Source of the DNA: Felis catus | Taxonomy: Eukaryota | NCBI RefSeq assembly: GCF_018350175.1 | Contig: NC_058368.1 | Coordinates: forward strand, 90,832,001-90,896,000 | Direction of reading: 5' to 3' | DNA: 64,000 nt | In this document: positions 12,551 through 21,907 of the stretch, piece after piece | Layout: each line of letters starts with the position of its first letter | Position numbering within the stretch: position 1 is the stretch's first letter | The notes under the pieces: model-generated | Told to the model about the DNA's origin: nothing | Databases searched by the model: none | The model's input: the letters and a program-made list of their open reading frames with translations, nothing else | Program-made: the position numbers and the translations under genes

Positions 12551-12881
12551 CAATCCCAGTGTTTCCTGCAAGCCTGGAGTAAGGTTGTTTATGAGGCTCT
12601 GGAATCCCATCCACCCATGTCTTGCAGTACAGCCAGGATTTTGTTCTAAAGTCAGCGATGATATGAAAAAAGAATGTGGTCAAAACACGCTGGAAATTTT
12701 CCTGTGAGCACAGTTTTGTGCCTACAGCCCAGCGCTGTACAGGGCTGGGTACAGAGAGGGATGGAAAGCAATACCAGCTAAGGTATGGAGGGCCTGTTCT
12801 GCTATGGATCAGTTCTGAGCTTTTCAGTGTTAAATCATCAGATTCTCAAAAACCACCCTGTGAAGTAGGTGATATTATTAT

Positions 12882-13086
12882 AATTTTTATTAATTTTTTA
12901 ATGTTTATTTATTTTTGAGAGAGAGAGAGAGACAGAGTGTGAGCTGGAGAGGGGCAGAGAGAGAATCACAAGCAGGCTCTGCACCAGCAGTGTGGAGCCT
13001 GACGTGGGGCTCGAACTCATGAGGTGAGGTCATGACCAGAGCTGAAACCCAGTCGGTTGCTTAACCGACTGAGCTACCCATGTCCC
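12882..13086 (-). mobile_element. Can-SINE (second unit of tandem pair)
   Basis: Body, tail, reverse head gagctacccatgtccc. Confidence 0.9.
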
Positions 13087-13097
13087 TACACCATGTA

Positions 13098-13311
13098 TTA
13101 AAAAAAATTTTTTTTAATGTTCATTTTTTTTTTGAGAGAGAGAGCATGAGTGGGGGGAGGGGCAGAGAGAGAGGGACACGTAAAATCTGAAGAAGGCTCC
13201 AGGCTCTGAGCTGTCAGCACAGAGCCTGACGCAGGGCTCAAACTCGTGAACCTCGAGATCATGACCTGAGCTGAAGTCGGACGCTTAAGTGACTGAGCCA
13301 CCCAGGTGCCC
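13098..13311 (-). mobile_element. Can-SINE (first unit of tandem pair)
   Basis: Full SINE; the pair lies within a MIR (about 12830-13430, minus) and is flanked by TSD gtaggtgatattattat. Confidence 0.92.
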
Positions 13312-15229
13312 TAAGGTAGGTGATATTATTATGCCCATTATACAGTTAAAGAAACTGATGCATGGGAAGGTTAAGTTTCCTAAGATCACAAGACTGGAAA
13401 GTGGCTGACGAGTCCAGGCTGCCTATTTCAGGACTGCTTTGAGGAGTTGAATCCATCCATGTTGGTGAGCCGTGATGCCCAGGCAGCAACAGTGACAGGG
13501 TGGGGAAGGGGGAGCCCTCTAATTAGGAAGCCTGCTTCATTATTCCAGAGGAACAGCCTCAGTTTGAACCCTGCATTGAAAATGAGGATGTGCCAGGCTC
13601 CAAGCTCTGTGTGACACTGGGAGGGAGGTGAGGCGTATGATCCCAGCCCTATAGATGAGGAGACAGGGTGTGGAGAGGCTGAGCATGCTGTGTGCAAGTC
13701 ACTGTGGGGGTGCTGGAGACACCCATCTGGCCAGCAGGAGAGAAAGGCACTTTGGTGAATGAGCTCGAATTCAGGCATCTAGTGGCCAGCAGACAATCAT
13801 GTGGGTGCCGCCACCATGCCCGGGAGAGGTGACCTGGGTTAGAGGGAAGAGGAGGCCGAGTGCAGAGCTAATGAGAGGGTAGACGGAGCTGGTAACCCCT
13901 TTGATGTGGAAGCAAGGAAAGGGAGGGGCCCTAGATGTCCCCAGAGCCCTGGTGTCAGTGGAGATGCCAGATGTGAACCAAGGAGGGACTGGAGCAGGGG
14001 CGGGGGCTGGGATGGGGTGGAAATGGGGCTCTGAGTAGCAGGGGATCTGAGACACCCTGGTGGAGATGCTGGGGGTTACTGCATTTATAGCATGGGATGG
14101 ACCTGGCTGGGGTGGTTGGTGCCCGACTCTTAAACCCATAGGAATGAGATTGCCCCCGAGGGAAGGGGCTGGAGATGGAGCTGAGGAGGGGCTATGTACA
14201 TGGGGGCAGGATGCCATCCATCAAGACTGGCCCTGAGGACCTGCCAGAGGCGTCAGGTACAGTGTGAAGAGAAAAGTCTTCTCCAGAGGGGCTGTCTTCA
14301 GCCGGATCCGCAGAGCCGGCAAGAGCAGCTGGGCACAGGGATGATTATTTCACCAGAACCAAAAACTTTAAAATCCCATCCAAAAGGTATAGGTGTATGT
14401 ATATTTTTGTTCTCTTTCAGTGGAACAATCAGAAGAAGGGAGCACTGTTTTTCAGGGAGCAGAAGTGACCAGTTCTTCCATGAGCTCCATTTCAAATGTC
14501 CTGGGGACTTTGTGTCTGATCTCAGTGTTTCTGTAGAGGAGGAGGGAACCATCTGGAGCTGCTGGGAGGGAGCCAGCCAAGAAGGACCTTCCTACTAGGG
14601 ATGGGGCCTTGGGCTGGAGAGAGGCCTCCTTGAACCTTCTGGAGGAGCTGGGGGGTCCCCAGGGAGTCTGCAGTGGCTGTGGTGATGGCCAAAGGCTTTC
14701 AGCTCTGCATCCAGAGTTTCCTCCCACGGGTCCTGGCCTTAGGATCCCGTGGCTAACACCACTGCCAGCCCCAGCTGGAAGCTTTGGCCCTTTTAACACC
14801 CACATTCTAGATGCTGTGAATGGGGCAGGGTCAGGTGAATTGGATAGAAGAAATCTGACACAAAGGTAGGGTGACCTGAAGAGAATAAAGCCCCAGAGGC
14901 CAGGGATCCTGGGGTCCAGCAAGAACTTGGCTAGGGCCACTGGTTGACATTCTCAGTGAGGAAATGCCCAGTGAGGCTTACAAAGGACTGGAACCCAAAA
15001 CCCCATGATAGGATTGTGCCCTTCACAAGTTACGTACAGGATTTATATGTAAAGAAATTAATTCTCCATGCTCTATAGGTGACGTTGTCTGGGAATGGGA
15101 TAAAACGTCACATGGGGAATGTCTTCTTTCACCAGACAGGGGTAAGCCTGGGACCACGCCTTGCTCTCATTTGGAAATAAAAGCAAACAAGGCGTTGGGG
15201 GCATCGGGGCTGACCTCTAACACACATTC

Positions 15230-15526
15230 TGCCCCAGACGGCCACTTCAGGCTTGTCCCAGTAACACCCTCTGTCCCATGTCAGCAGCTGGTTCAGCAAT
15301 GGGCATGTGACCCAGCTGTGGCCCACAGATCCGAGAAGGGCTAGCCAGCCCTTCTGGGAGAGGGCAGGACGCCTGCATGTGGCTTGGCGATCCTTCTATG
15401 TGGTCAGGATAGCCAGGTGTCATGTTGAGCTCTGGAGCCACCATACCTGCAGACCTCCTGATGTGTGACATGATACATTTCTTTATGTTTTAAGCTGGCT
15501 GTTTTATTTATAGCTAGGGGCATCTT
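15230..15526 (+). mobile_element. Old MaLR LTR fragment (MLT1K/L-like)
   Basis: tggttcagcaatgggcatgtgaccca...tggccca; catttctttatgttttaagc end motif. Confidence 0.5.
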
Positions 15527-15750
15527 GTATTTTTATTTTTTAAAGTTTTTATTTTTATTTATTTTGAGAGAGATATAGAGAGCAAGCTGGGGAGGGGGAG
15601 AGAGAGAGAGAAGGAGACAGAATCCCAAGCAGGCTCTGCGTTGTCAGTGCAGAGCCCAACGCGGGGCTGGAACTCATGAAACCATGAGATCACGACCTGA
15701 GCCGAAGTCAAGAATTGAACGCTAAGCCAAGTGAGCCACCCAGGTGCCCC
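15527..15750 (-). mobile_element. Can-SINE
   Basis: Perfect 16-bp TSD tagctaggggcatctt at 15511-15526 and 15751-15766. Confidence 0.95.
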
Positions 15751-16914
15751 TAGCTAGGGGCATCTTAAGGGGACCCAGAAATCTTTCTCAGGTGGGAGAG
15801 CTGGACCAAATGGCCAGACACAGATGGACCCAGGGCTCCAGACCCTGATCCGAGTGGGCCTAGGACATTGCCACCTGCCCCACCCAGACATTGCCTTGAA
15901 AGTTCGTGGGGCTCACTGCCTCTCTGCCAGGTCAGGCATACATACAAGTAGGCACTGAGCTTTTATTTTTCCCTGGGTCATTACTGTTTAGATTGAGTTG
16001 GAGCCTCCAGCTGTGTCTCCATTTAGAAGTGTTGATTGAGCCTGGATCCCCAAGCCTTCAAATTTTAAGTACTTTGTCTTCCTCTTTCAGGCAGATCTGA
16101 TCCCAGCGATGGTGGGACACCTCTGTGAGGAACGTGGCAACGAACAAAATTGCTGCCCAGATACTACCCTTATTTCCTCTTTTGCCTGACACAGCTCCCT
16201 GTCAGGGTGTGTGGGTGTGTGTGTGTGCGCGCGCACGCTCAAGAAACAACAAGAACCACACTCCCCAAAGGCCACCGGGCCTCCACGTTCTGTTCAATCA
16301 GCATTCCCCTGACATATTGCTTACCAAGGCCGCTCGTGGCCAGATCTCTGCCAGTGCATCTGATGGGGCCACTGCACCCGCTGTTTGCCAACAGCAGAGA
16401 GGGGACTGAGCTGCTGTCTTCAGAGGCCCCTTGACAAGGTCACTAAGACCTCAACGGCTTGTTATGCTCTGCATACAGGTCCCAGGAGACTGGAAGAGTC
16501 TAGGTCCCTCCCCCAACCCCTGGGAGCTTGCTTGCTGGGAAGGAGGACAGTGAAACCTCATGGCCTCCATCTGCTTGTTGCCCGCAGTGCGGGCAGGGCC
16601 TGCCAAGGATGATGACCTCGTCAAAGGGCAAGAAGAACTTCTGGTTTCTGTGTGGCCACCAGGGGACAGGAATGGCTCTGATGAAGTCTGTGCTGGCACA
16701 TGTGGCCTGAAAGCTAGAGACAGAGCCAGAAGCCCTGCCCCAAGCTTTCAGAATAAGGCAGGGCACCCATCCCATCCAGAGCTGGGCCAGGCACCGAGGA
16801 AGACATTCTCCTTTCTTAACATCTCTGCCCTGAGACACGTGCAGTGGTCTGTGACATCCAAGGTGACCAGGAAGGGTCCTCCTCTCTTTCTGTCTCTCAC
16901 ATCCTTCGGGAAGA

Positions 16915-17108
16915 TTTTTTAAAAATGTTTATTTTTGAGAGAGTGCAAGCGGGAGAGGTGCAGAGAGAGGGGGACAGGGGATTTGAAGTGGGTTCTGCCC
17001 TGACAGGTGACAGCGGTGAGCCCCACGTGGGGCTTGAACTCATGAACCACAAGATCATGACCTAAGCTGAAGTTAGATGCTCAAATGACTGAGCCACCCA
17101 GGTGCCCC
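16915..17108 (-). mobile_element. Can-SINE
   Basis: TSD-like gggaagatttt on both sides. Confidence 0.92.
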
Positions 17109-17187
17109 CCTTGGGAAGATTTTAAGAGGGTTGGAGGGCCCGAGATCACCCTGAATTGCCCTCATCCCTCTCTGGGGCTATTCTAGA

Positions 17188-17340
17188 TCAGGGTTCCAAG
17201 TCCAGCCCTTCAGGGATCAGTTGGTAACAACTGTGAGCCATAGGACAGTGGTAGTGGTGGGGACTGTATCCAGCAGGAGAGCACAAGCCAGATCTAAAGA
17301 CATTTGAGTCCAGCTAAAACCAAACACATGTGACCCACAC
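17188..17340 (-). mobile_element. hAT DNA transposon fragment (MER102-like); related pieces at ~18650-18805 and ~40990-41170
   Basis: agtggtggggactgt...ggagagcac...tctaaag; tcaagaaaaactgaaatctaaattcttatgtgaaat; ccacagatgagttttgtttggccc. Confidence 0.55.
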
Positions 17341-19837
17341 TAACTAAGTGTTCCAGTTGAGTTGACCCCGTGGTCCTTGGTTTTGTGTCTTTGGGATCTA
17401 GACTGAATGAGTCTACCTGAACAAAGTACCATGAGGGAATTCTGTGTCCCACTTCTCATCTGACAGAAAAGAAGTGGGGACCAGAGGGTGAGGCAAGCCC
17501 CAGGGGTAGGCCAGTACTTTCCAGAAGAGGAAGAGGAGAGATCTGAAACCATGAAAATTTGAAGATGTAGGGAGGTGCCTCTTTTTTTTTTTTTTTTTTT
17601 TTTTTGAGCTGCGGACAGGTGATCAGGGAACTAGGACAAGTCAACACGGGGCCCCCTACATGAAGGACTCAATAGGAAATTGCAATGCACATGTGCCTGA
17701 TTCATCTGCTCAGCCTTGTGGGATATCACGGTGGGGAGTGAAGAAAGGGCTGGTCATGGGCAGTGATCTGCCTCCCACTCATGTCTGGGTGAGGCCCCAG
17801 GAGGCCAGAGGCGACGTGGGAAGGAGCAGCCGCCAGGGCTCATTCACGAGTGACGGGGAGACAAACCCTCTTTCCGAGGTGTAGCCTACTGCTGGTATTT
17901 CAAAGTGGTGCCAGATAATGTAGTTAGGTGGCCCTGTCTGAAAATAGCACTTCGCAAAGTGAGAGAGCCATCCATTTTCAATTCTGCTCTTCTGATGGCA
18001 TCAAGGGAAAGGTCTCTGCTTCTGCTAGTCTGTCTCACCACTTTCCCCACACTTGCCAGTCAGCTTTGGCCTCAGCGCCTTTTGCAGGCAATCGTATCTA
18101 GAATTTGACAATATTTTTTTTTGGGGGGGGGCTTGATTTTATTTATTTTTGGCAGTTATCTTTGCATTATGGTAAGATGTTGGCCTTTCCATTTATAGTG
18201 GTGATTTAAAGTATCCTTTAAAACCTTAAGTACAAGTACGTGGTTAAGTACTGTACGAAGAAATAACTGTGGGGATGGTGGGGGGATTATGGTAACAATA
18301 ATAGACCTGGCAGAGAAGTGACTGAGACAGTAGAACATGACCCTTGAAGTAGGTGAGGCTGCTGGTTGGGTCTTATCCGTCTTTTGAGGAGGAGGAAAAC
18401 ACAGATAACCACAGGAGGAATGAGTGGAAGAGTGTCATGAGTTTCAAGACAGCACCTAGATAGACACCGGTCTGGGCTGCCCAGCTCCCTCAACCTTCGG
18501 GATTCAACCCATGCCACTTCTTGCAGGAAGTCCTCCAAGATGCCTGGCTCTGAAGCCATCTCTCTTCCCATACACTGATCACCATCCACTTTCTCTGGAA
18601 CCAGGTATGTCATCAGAGATGACAAAAGTGGATGCCTGCTGGGGTGGGGGAAGAAGACCTGTAGTGAACTGCAGGGCAGATGCTCCATTTCATGGTTGAT
18701 AAGCAGAAATGCAGGCCCGGTGTGGCCACACTTTCCAATTTCTCAAGAAAAACTGAAATCTAAATTCTTATGTGAAATTTCACTATTTTTAGCATTGACA
18801 ACAAATGTTCACTATGTCTGGGGGCTGGATCCTGTCTTGGGCACCCTCAGGCAACACAGAGGGAAGATTCCAGGTGAAGATGGCCATCAAGCTGCAGAGC
18901 CCTCACACCCAGATCCTGAAGATGACGGAACCGAGGATGCAAAATCACAGCTAGAACAAGTTGTGCAAGTCATGTGTTTCTCCATAAGACCGGGCCCTCC
19001 TGGCCGGCAGGAGGGCCCTGAGTCATCAGACCCTGCCTGACCAAGGCCAGCCCCAAAGCCCTGACCACATTGGTCTGGGGCAGGTGAATGAGAAAACCCA
19101 AAAGGTGTCCACCATCCAGGGAAGTGAGGCAGAAGTCTGGGCTCACATAGCAGAGATGTCCCCAAAGAGACATGCCTAGGAGGGGGTTTCCAGGTGGGAC
19201 CTAGGGAGGGAAGGTCACTGTGCTGGGGGACAGCAGGCCTGGTAGGAGAGTGACTTCAGGCAGTGGGAGCACTGTACTGGAGAGGTGGGGATTCTACCTG
19301 GGGATGGGCTTTGACAAACTTGCTCCAGAATGGAGAGGGATGCCTCGGGTGCTGAGTTGGAAAGGGTGGGTAGAGTGTAGAGAGGCTATTTTAGGCAGGC
19401 CTGGGAGTGCAAAGGCCAAAGGCCAGGAGGCTGGTGGAGGCGGAGCAAATGAGGGCAGCAACCTGACTGAGCTCTGGGAGGCAGGCACAGGCTTGGGTGG
19501 AGAAGGCTGTATTCAGAGGTTGCAACAGAGGGTTGAGGAGGCAGAGAGGGACAGGAACTTCAGGCAGAGAGGAGTTGGGGTCTAAGAAACCTTGCATCTC
19601 TCCGTAAGGGTAAAAGTTTATATTTGGGATAGCCCCTGCAGTGCACGCACCCTCCTATTGAAAGCATCTTCCAGCCTCTGGTGTTTCCATCTCAAGCCTC
19701 CCCAACCCCGTCCCATTCCTACGCCCGGTCCTGCCCCAGGGCTCCCAGAGAGTGTGAGGCGGCCCTTTGAGCCCCAAGGCTGACGGGCGGGACCCGGGCG
19801 CCCCAAGGACTCTCTGGGTGGAGATGCTCGGGCGGGA

Positions 19838-19884
19838 GCCGCTCCTCCGAGGTTGGGCGCCGCTCCTCCGAGGTTGTGCGCCGC
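19838..19884 (+). repeat. 21-bp tandem duplication gccgctcctccgaggttg(g/t)gc, 2.2 copies
   Basis: Copies at 19838-19858 and 19859-19879 differ at one base. Confidence 0.93.
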
Positions 19885-20045
19885 GAGGGCGCGGGGCGCG
19901 TCCGATGGTGGCCGGTGGCGGGGCTCCCCCCACCCCACCCCCCCCGCCCGGCCCGGCCAGCCGCGCTTCTCTGCCGCCGCCTCGGGGCGTCTCTGCTTCG
20001 CTACGAGCCGGGAACCGCCGCGGCGGCGGCGCGAGGAGGGGAGCG

Positions 20046-20084
20046 GGCGGCGGCGGCGGCGGTGGCGGCGGCGGCGGCGGCGGC
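20046..20084 (+). repeat. (GGC)5 GGT (GGC)7 trinucleotide repeat ~300 bp upstream of the ADAMTS2 ATG
   Basis: Read directly from sequence. Confidence 0.95.
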
Positions 20085-20373
20085 CGCGCCAAGAAGCGCC
20101 GGGTCACCGCAGGCTGAGGCGCCCGCCGTCCCCGCCCTCCCCCTCGCTCGCCTTCTCCTCCCTCCCGCCTCCCTCGCTCACTCGCTCCTTCCCTCTCCCC
20201 GCCTCCCCTCCGCGCTCCCCCGCCCTCCCCTCCGCGCCTCGCCTCCTCCGCCCCGCGCCCTGCGGTGCTGCAGCTGCGGGCGGCTCCAGCTGCCCCCAGA
20301 TGTGGGCTGGGCGGCGCGCGGGGAACTTTCGCGCCGGCAGCGAGTGCGGGGCCCCGGCTGCGGTCCGGCTGCC

Positions 20374-20506
20374 ATGGATCCGCCGGCGGGAGCCGCTCAC
20401 CGCCTGCTCTGCCCCGCGCTGCTGCTGCTGCTGCTGCTGCCGCCGCTCCTGCTGCCGCCGCCGCCCGCGGACGCCCGGCTCGCCGCCGCCGCCGCCGACC
20501 CCCCAG
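20374..20506 (+). CDS. ADAMTS2: ADAMTS2 coding exon 1 (signal peptide and start of prodomain), [45 protein letters not shown]
   Basis: ATG in strong Kozak context (gccATGg); hydrophobic poly-Leu signal peptide; sequence recognised as the ADAMTS2 N-terminus; ends at donor CAG|GTAGGT after 133 nt (phase 1). Confidence 0.96.
20419..20439 (+). repeat. (CTG)7 coding repeat (signal-peptide poly-Leu)
   Basis: Read directly from sequence. Confidence 0.95.
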
Positions 20507-21512
20507 GTAGGTGCGGCCGGGCCCCCGAGCTCCACGACCCCGGTCGGCCGGGCCCCGCCCCGCGTGCCCCGCCGCCCCCTCCCCAGGCGTCGTCCAGCCC
20601 GACTTGGGCAAACTCTGCGCACCCCGCCCGGGGCCAAGTTGGCCAACTTCGGGGCCGGGTTGGTCGCGCAGGGGGCGCCCCGCGGCGCACCGGAGCGCCT
20701 CGGGCCGGGGGGAGCCTCGGAGCGTTCGCGGCTCCCGAGACGCGGAGCGTGGAGATGGAGGACCGGGAAAGCCCCGCGGCAGAGAGCGCAGCGCTAGCCC
20801 CAGCGGGTCCTGGGGAGCCAGGGCGAGGCTGCTCCGGGGCTCGCGTCCGGGGACGCTCGGGAGGAGCCGGGTGCTGAGCTCGCCGCCTTGGGCCCTGAGG
20901 ACTGATGGGGCTCCCTGGAGGGAATCCCTGAAGATCCGAGGGACCCTGCTCCACCCCTCCCTGCCCTCGGGCGCGCGGGGAGGGGGGCCAGCGTTGGTCC
21001 AACCGAGAGCTGGACACGGAGGACAGGCCGCGCGTGCCGAGGGGAGCCGAGTCCTCGCCGCTCCGGAGGCAAGCGGTGAGGGCGCCCGGGCGGCGGGGAC
21101 CGCGGAGGGGTAGAGGCGCACGGGTAGGGGGCCAACCGGCAACGGCTTCGGAGCAGCCCCATGTCCTGCCAAGGACGGTAGGTTCAAGGGACCGGGAACA
21201 GTCTGACGGGGCCATCCCCAGGGGAACTGTGAGGAGCTCGCGGAGCCCCAACCCGGAACCGGGCATGGGGCAGAGCTCTTGGCTGGCAGGGTCCCAGAGG
21301 GGGACGGCCTGGGGGCGGCGGGGCTCCGGAGTGATGTCCCTGTTAACGCCCCTTCCCAGTTGGAAGAAGGCCGGGGAGGTGAAGGTTAGTTTCTGGGGGT
21401 TGTTTGGCAGAATGCCCTTCCCTGTTCGCAGTGGTGGCGGCGGCGGGGTTGTGGAGGGATGCGGGGTTTCGCGGCGAGGCTCTGGCGGGTCTGACGCCCC
21501 TTCCCGTTGCAG
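20507..21512 (+). other. ADAMTS2: ADAMTS2 intron 1 (GT-AG, 1006 bp, GC-rich)
   Basis: Canonical GT...AG ends joining exons 1 and 2 in frame. Confidence 0.93.
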
Positions 21513-21907
21513 GAGGGCCCCTGGGGCACGGAGCGGAGCGCATCCTGGCGGTGCCGGTGCGCACTGACGCCCAGGGCCGCTTGGTGTCCCACGTGGTGTC
21601 GGCGGCGTCTGCCCAGGCTGGGGTACGCGCCCGCAGGGCCGCCCCTGACCAGACCCCGGGCTTACCTGGAGGCAACGAGGAGGACCCCGGCGGCCGCCTC
21701 TTCTACAATGTCACAGTTTTCGGCCGAGACCTGCACCTGCGGCTGCGGCCCAATGCCCGCCTCGTGGCGCCCGGGGCCACGGTGGAGTGGCAAAGCGAGT
21801 CGGGCGCCACCCGCGTGGAGCCCCTGCTCGGGACGTGCCTCTATGTCGGAGACGTGGCGGGCCTGGCTGAAGCCTCCTCCGTGGCGCTCAGCAACTGCGA
21901 CGGGCTC
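21513..21907 (+). CDS. ADAMTS2: ADAMTS2 coding exon 2 (reprolysin/Pep_M12B-type prodomain), [28 protein letters not shown]...[25 protein letters not shown]...[24 protein letters not shown]
   Basis: Branch-point-like CTGAC at 21491-21495, acceptor ttcccgttgcag|GA, phase matches exon 1 (G+GA=Gly); 395 nt; donor CTC|GTGAGT. Has ADAMTS prodomain motifs, furin-type RARR (21626-21637) and N-glycosylation sequon NVT (21707-21715). Confidence 0.97.

Noticed and set aside
20320..20331. NF-kB-like GGGAACTTTC in the 5' leader
   Set aside because: Imperfect match to GGGRNNYYCC; a single short motif is not enough.
19876..20373. In-frame open sequence upstream of the ADAMTS2 ATG (possible N-terminal extension)
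   Set aside because: No in-frame upstream ATG; the ATG at 20374 has a strong Kozak context and is followed directly by the signal peptide.
19655..21187. 510-aa antisense ORF and other long ORFs over the CpG island
   Set aside because: Low-complexity Ala/Gly/Pro/Arg translations expected from stop-poor GC-rich DNA; no domain recognised.
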